Positions 59,955-64,000 of a DNA stretch of 64,000 nucleotides are shown here, piece after piece. Under the pieces are notes generated by a model. The model ran no database searches, was not told the origin of the DNA, and saw nothing but the letters and a program-made list of their open reading frames with translations. The stretch lies in contig CAWGPU010000004.1 of the NCBI GenBank assembly GCA_963824615.1, positions 108,852 through 172,851 on the forward strand, in the 5' to 3' direction. Each line of letters starts with the position of its first letter. The first letter of the stretch is position 1. This stretch comes from an uncultured Haloplasmataceae bacterium. Lineage in GTDB: Bacteria > Bacillota_I > Bacilli_A > Haloplasmatales > Haloplasmataceae. The translations under genes were made by a program, and so were the position numbers.

Positions 59955-61676
59955 TTGAAAAAGTTTTATTTATTATTTTCTTTGTTACTTACATTAGTGT
60001 TAGTAGCTGGCTGTGGTAAGAGTAATGTTATCACTGGTGGCGGAGCTTACATAGCTTACGACATTGCAGTGGATCCTCAAACTTGGGATCCTAGTTATAA
60101 CACTGCTAATGATGGTGGTCATATTATCACCAACATGTTTGAAGGTTTATACCGTGCTACTGCAACAGGTGTAGTACCAGCAGGTGCATCTACTACTACC
60201 ATCTCTAGTGATGGATTGACTTACACATTTGATTTAAATAAAAAAGAAAAATGGTCAAATGGGAAACCAGTTACAGCAAATGATTATAAATTTGCTTGGT
60301 TAAGAGTTCTTGATCCAACTGATCCATCTCAATATTCATACATCATGTCTCCATATATCGTGGGTGCTGATGATTATATGGCTGGTACAGGTACTAAAGA
60401 TGCTGTTGGTATTAAAGTTCTTAATGATTATAAGTTAGAAGTAGATTTAACAATGCCTGTTCCATACTTCACTCAACTTTTATCATTTATGACTTATATG
60501 CCAGTATATAGTCAAGGTACTTATGCTGATGGATGGGAAAAAGACGCTAGTACAGCAATTAGTAATGGACCATTCGAATTTGTTTCTTATACTATAGGTT
60601 CAGATATCCAACTTAAGAAAAACCCTAATTATGCAAATGCTGACCAAGTAAAAGTTGCTGGTCTTGATTTTAAAATCATTGATAACGCAACTACTGCTGT
60701 AGCAGCATATAAAGCAGGACAACTTCAAGTTATTGATGCTGTTCCAGCTGAGCAAATTGCTGATTTATTAGCAACAGATGCTAATTTTAATATCACTTCA
60801 CAAGTTGGTACATATTACTATGTATTCAACATGGATGATCCACTAGTTGGAGACCCTGCAGGTGCTGCTGGCGTAGAAATCCGTCGAGCATTATCAATGG
60901 GTATTGACCGTCAAGCTATCGTTGCAAACGTAACAAAAGCTGGAGAAATTCCTGCAACTACATTCTTACCACCGACCTTAACATGGTCAAATGGTACTTC
61001 ATGTAATTCAGAATCTTATGGTTTAACTGCTACTGCTCAAGTAGATGCAGCTAAAACATTATTAGACAAAGGAATTGCTGATTATAATACAGCTAATCCT
61101 TCTACACCTATTACTATTAATACTTTAGCTGATCATTTAGCAGTTGGATTTAATACAACAGCTACTGATAGTCACAAAAATATAGCTGCAGCTATTCAAG
61201 AACAATGGAAAACTAACTTAGGTTTAGTTAGAACAGATGGTAAAGGTATAACATTAACTCAAGAAGAATGGAATACGTTCTTAACTGACAGAACACAAGG
61301 GAAATTCCCAATTGCTCGTGAAGGTTGGTTAGGTGATTATCCTGATCCAAATACAATGTTAGACTTATTTACAGCTACATCAGGTAATAATGATGCTCAA
61401 TGGCGTTCAACTTTATCTGATACATATAATTGGGACACAACTACTAATCCTGAAAATGCAACTTATGATGCCTTAATCGCAAAAGCATTTACTGATACAG
61501 GAACTGCTCGCGATCAAGATTTTAAAGATGCTGAAAAAATTCTAGTACAAACAGAAGCTTTAGTTATTCCAGTATATTATTATAATAATGAAAATTTAAT
61601 TAATAATGATCAAGTTCAAGGTGTTGTTAGAACTCAAATGGGTCAATGGTACTTTGGAGATGCTTCTTGGAAATAA
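59955..61676 (+). CDS. oppA: oligopeptide-binding lipoprotein OppA (family 5 substrate-binding protein)
   Basis: Signal peptide plus lipobox LVAGC. ~570 aa SBP. TTG start with GGAGGAAG RBS. Confidence 0.8.
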   Translation: MKKFYLLFSLLLTLVLVAGCGKSNVITGGGAYIAYDIAVDPQTWDPSYNTANDGGHIITNMFEGLYRATATGVVPAGASTTTISSDGLTYTFDLNKKEKWSNGKPVTANDYKFAWLRVLDPTDPSQYSYIMSPYIVGADDYMAGTGTKDAVGIKVLNDYKLEVDLTMPVPYFTQLLSFMTYMPVYSQGTYADGWEKDASTAISNGPFEFVSYTIGSDIQLKKNPNYANADQVKVAGLDFKIIDNATTAVAAYKAGQLQVIDAVPAEQIADLLATDANFNITSQVGTYYYVFNMDDPLVGDPAGAAGVEIRRALSMGIDRQAIVANVTKAGEIPATTFLPPTLTWSNGTSCNSESYGLTATAQVDAAKTLLDKGIADYNTANPSTPITINTLADHLAVGFNTTATDSHKNIAAAIQEQWKTNLGLVRTDGKGITLTQEEWNTFLTDRTQGKFPIAREGWLGDYPDPNTMLDLFTATSGNNDAQWRSTLSDTYNWDTTTNPENATYDALIAKAFTDTGTARDQDFKDAEKILVQTEALVIPVYYYNNENLINNDQVQGVVRTQMGQWYFGDASWK

Positions 61677-61689
61677 TTAAATAATTAAA

Positions 61690-61727
61690 AAAACTCTTAA
61701 GGATGATTTTTTCCTTAAGAGTTTTTG
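61690..61727 (+). terminator. rho-independent terminator after oppA
   Basis: aaactcttaagga...tccttaagagttttt. Confidence 0.75.
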
Positions 61728-61857
61728 ATTGTTAGAAATATAATTTCGTTTTTCTAATGAATTTATGGTTAAAAATAAAAAAGTATTATTTGATAATACT
61801 TTTTTGGTTTATATGGGTACTATAGACTAAATGAAAAATGGACTAAAACTTTCCTTT

Positions 61858-62289
61858 TTAAACGCCACCAATACCTGTAGGAGTAGCGATTTCTTGTAAG
61901 CCTACATTACCTGATTTAAGGGTTGCTCGTATCAAATAGATGTCAGCAATCACAGAAAAGACTCGGGAAGTTAGTAAGTCTTCTGCTGCACTTAATGTAT
62001 TTTTATTGACAGATGTTTTACTATTTTTCAAATCATCATAAGCTTTTTTAGCAGTGCTTAAATCAATAAAATCTGAGCAAGCCGAAATAAATACAGAAAC
62101 AATGAGTATATTGTGTGCTTCATTTTTGATGTTTATGTCGTAAAGAATATCTAAATGCGTTGATTCTATCGATAAAATGACCGCTATTAAGGACAAAAAA
62201 GCACTGAAATCATTTAGTCTTGAGAGTCCAGTAGGTACAGGCATTATTTTCACTTCCAAAAGATATGAATACTTTCCTACTATAATCAT
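61858..62289 (-). CDS. hypothetical protein (143 aa)
   Basis: ORF only. N-terminal hydrophobic segment. Confidence 0.3.
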   Translation of the reverse strand: MIIVGKYSYLLEVKIMPVPTGLSRLNDFSAFLSLIAVILSIESTHLDILYDINIKNEAHNILIVSVFISACSDFIDLSTAKKAYDDLKNSKTSVNKNTLSAAEDLLTSRVFSVIADIYLIRATLKSGNVGLQEIATPTGIGGV

Positions 62290-62380
62290 ATTAAGGAATT
62301 TAAAAAAAGTATAGGCTAATAATCACTATTATTTCTAAAAAAAAGAAAAAGGCATCTATATTTTATAGATGCCTTTCATA

Positions 62381-62617
62381 TTATTTTTTAATTATTTCAA
62401 TTTTTCTTTCATATTCTTCAATTGATATTTGACCGGATGCTAGCTTCTCTTTTAGTAGATTTTGATAATGTAAATTAGTCATTTTTCGTGGAGAGTGACC
62501 TCTAAACAAAATGAGTAGAAAAGCTATAAAAAAAATTATCACAATGAGCTCTATTAAAAGATAAGGCCAGTAAATACCGACATGATAATATCTAACATTA
62601 TGAAAACAATTCCACAT
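62381..62617 (-). CDS. small membrane protein with C-terminal SHOCT domain
   Basis: TM helix, then LLKEKLASGQISIEEYERKIEIIKK, the SHOCT signature (hydrophobic-xGxIxxEEYxxxK). Confidence 0.5.
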   Translation of the reverse strand: MWNCFHNVRYYHVGIYWPYLLIELIVIIFFIAFLLILFRGHSPRKMTNLHYQNLLKEKLASGQISIEEYERKIEIIKK

Positions 62618-62639
62618 TATAAATTACTCCTTTTTAACA

Positions 62640-62819
62640 TCATTTGCGCAAAATATTTTTTTTAGCTAAATATTCTTTTTCATCGATTTCGCCATTGACG
62701 AAACGTTCATTTAAAATATCTAATGGTCTGTTGCGAGTTTCGTGGTGTCGATAATATGAATGGTCGTAAGGTGTTAAGATGAAAAATATAAATACAAAAA
62801 AAATAATACCGAAAAACAT
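62640..62819 (-). CDS. small membrane protein with C-terminal SHOCT domain (paralog)
   Basis: AGGAGG 8 nt before the ATG at 62819. TM helix, then LNERFVNGEIDEKEYLAKKNILRK. Confidence 0.5.
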   Translation of the reverse strand: MFFGIIFFVFIFFILTPYDHSYYRHHETRNRPLDILNERFVNGEIDEKEYLAKKNILRK

Positions 62820-62950
62820 TATATCGCCTCCTGACAACATTATTTTATCATTGAAATATGGAGAAATTATGGAGTAAGCAGGAAATATAAAAAATGATGG
62901 TTATTTTCTTGCTGAAAGTAAAATAATAATGATGAGAAAGGGTGAGTCTT

Positions 62951-63814
62951 ATGAACACCTATCAAAAAATTTCGCGAATTTTAAGCATTGTATTTTTATC
63001 AAACTTATTCATAGGAACCATGAAGTTAACTGTAGGTTATATTATAAAAAGTGCTAGTATTTCAGCTGATGGATTTCAATCTTTAACAGATTGTGCATCT
63101 AATATCATCGGATTAATTGGTATAAAAATTGCTTCAAAACCTGCTGATTTGAATCACCCATATGGTCATAAAAAATTCGAGACTCTCTCAGGATTATTCA
63201 TTGCTGTCATGTTAGTCGTTGTCACTGTTAAAATAATTTCGGGAGCGATTGCTTGGTTTTTTAACCCATATCATCCTCATATTACTAACTCTAGTTTAGT
63301 GATTATGGGATTTACATTATGTGTTAATATCATTGTTTCAACTATTGAGTATAGGAAAGCAAAAAAATATAATAGTGATATCTTATTATCCGATTCAATG
63401 AATACGCGAAGTGACATTTTCGTTTCATTAAGTGTTATTGTCACGATTGTTGCGATTAAACTTGGTGTACCACCTATAATTGATCCGATTTCATCTTTGA
63501 TTGTCGCAGCTGTAATCATTTATGCTTCTATCCAAATTTTTAAATCAACAACTGGTGTATTAGTAGATCAATTTGTCATTTCCTCTGATGAAATTAAAAA
63601 AATTGTTATGTCATTTCCTGATGTGAAATATGTTGATAAAATACGTAGTCGAGGAAGAAAAGATGATATTTTTGTGGATTTACATATAAAAATCGACCCT
63701 AGTATGACAATAGAGGCAGCTCATCGACTTAATCATGAAATCGAAAAAAAATTAAAACAAGATTTAAATTCAAGCATTCAGCTAATTGCTCACCTAGAAC
63801 CTAGCGAATATTAA
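62951..63814 (+). CDS. cation diffusion facilitator (CDF) family transporter
   Basis: TM1-2 region SISADGFQSLTDCASNIIGLIG and TM5 HLD-like region. 6 TM helices plus a C-terminal cytoplasmic domain. Confidence 0.75.
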   Translation: MNTYQKISRILSIVFLSNLFIGTMKLTVGYIIKSASISADGFQSLTDCASNIIGLIGIKIASKPADLNHPYGHKKFETLSGLFIAVMLVVVTVKIISGAIAWFFNPYHPHITNSSLVIMGFTLCVNIIVSTIEYRKAKKYNSDILLSDSMNTRSDIFVSLSVIVTIVAIKLGVPPIIDPISSLIVAAVIIYASIQIFKSTTGVLVDQFVISSDEIKKIVMSFPDVKYVDKIRSRGRKDDIFVDLHIKIDPSMTIEAAHRLNHEIEKKLKQDLNSSIQLIAHLEPSEY

Positions 63815-63941
63815 TAATCAATCAGCATGTATGATGTTAATAAATACTACACAAAATATATAAGAGTAAAAAGCATTATATTTGAAATGAAACAATTAGA
63901 GTATATAATTAAATTAGCAATATATAGGAAGGATTGATAAA

Positions 63942-64000
63942 ATGAAAGCTTTAGTGGATAAAGAAACTTGTATAGGATGTGAATTATGTCCATCTATTTG
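63942..64000 (+). CDS. 4Fe-4S ferredoxin (3' end lies beyond the window)
   Basis: AGGAAGG RBS. MKALVDKETCIGCELCPSI begins a CxxCxxC cluster motif. Confidence 0.4.
   Translation, partial: MKALVDKETCIGCELCPSI

Overview
Low-GC Firmicutes-type chromosomal window, probably from a spore-former (SpoVB-like flippase, sigma-K-like promoter, coat-like low-complexity proteins). The most striking system is an 11-gene gas-vesicle (gvp) operon on the minus strand (29491-34760): gvpA, gvpN, two uncharacterised small ORFs, three GvpF/L paralogs, gvpG, a GvpA-like small gene, gvpK and gvpJ. It is bracketed by bidirectional terminators and lies convergent to a membrane-GAF-GGDEF-HD-GYP c-di-GMP protein. Mobile and rearranged DNA is present: an IS1634-family transposase (3.6-5.3 kb), an Rpn-family nuclease, and an IS607-family element (MerR-serine-recombinase TnpA plus TnpB with a predicted 3' omega-RNA region). 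The IS607 element and an adjacent HExxH-membrane-protein/ABC cluster sit inside a ~6 kb segment flanked by imperfect direct repeats (11262-12018 and 18072-19078). Each flank carries the 3' end of a ferritin-like gene plus the 3' part of an MFS efflux gene; one MFS copy is intact (18321-19829) and the other is a decayed pseudogene. Housekeeping content includes folE-folP-folB-folK, oppBCDFA, amt, a pfkB-family kinase, a tandem crcB pair, a MarR-MFS divergent pair, a TetR-ABC-2 exporter, a MacB/FtsX-type ABC pair and a CDF transporter. Other unusual items are a tandem array of five hairpin-plus-T-run modules (41723-41884), dual TTGAC-N7-GTCAA operators before tetR, and three adjacent tiny low-complexity proteins (Cys/Tyr/Arg/Pro-rich paralogs with hydrophobic tails, and an N/Q/P/Y-rich protein) that look like uncharacterised coat/crust-type proteins. 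All calls come from reading the sequence and ORF translations; no database searches were run.
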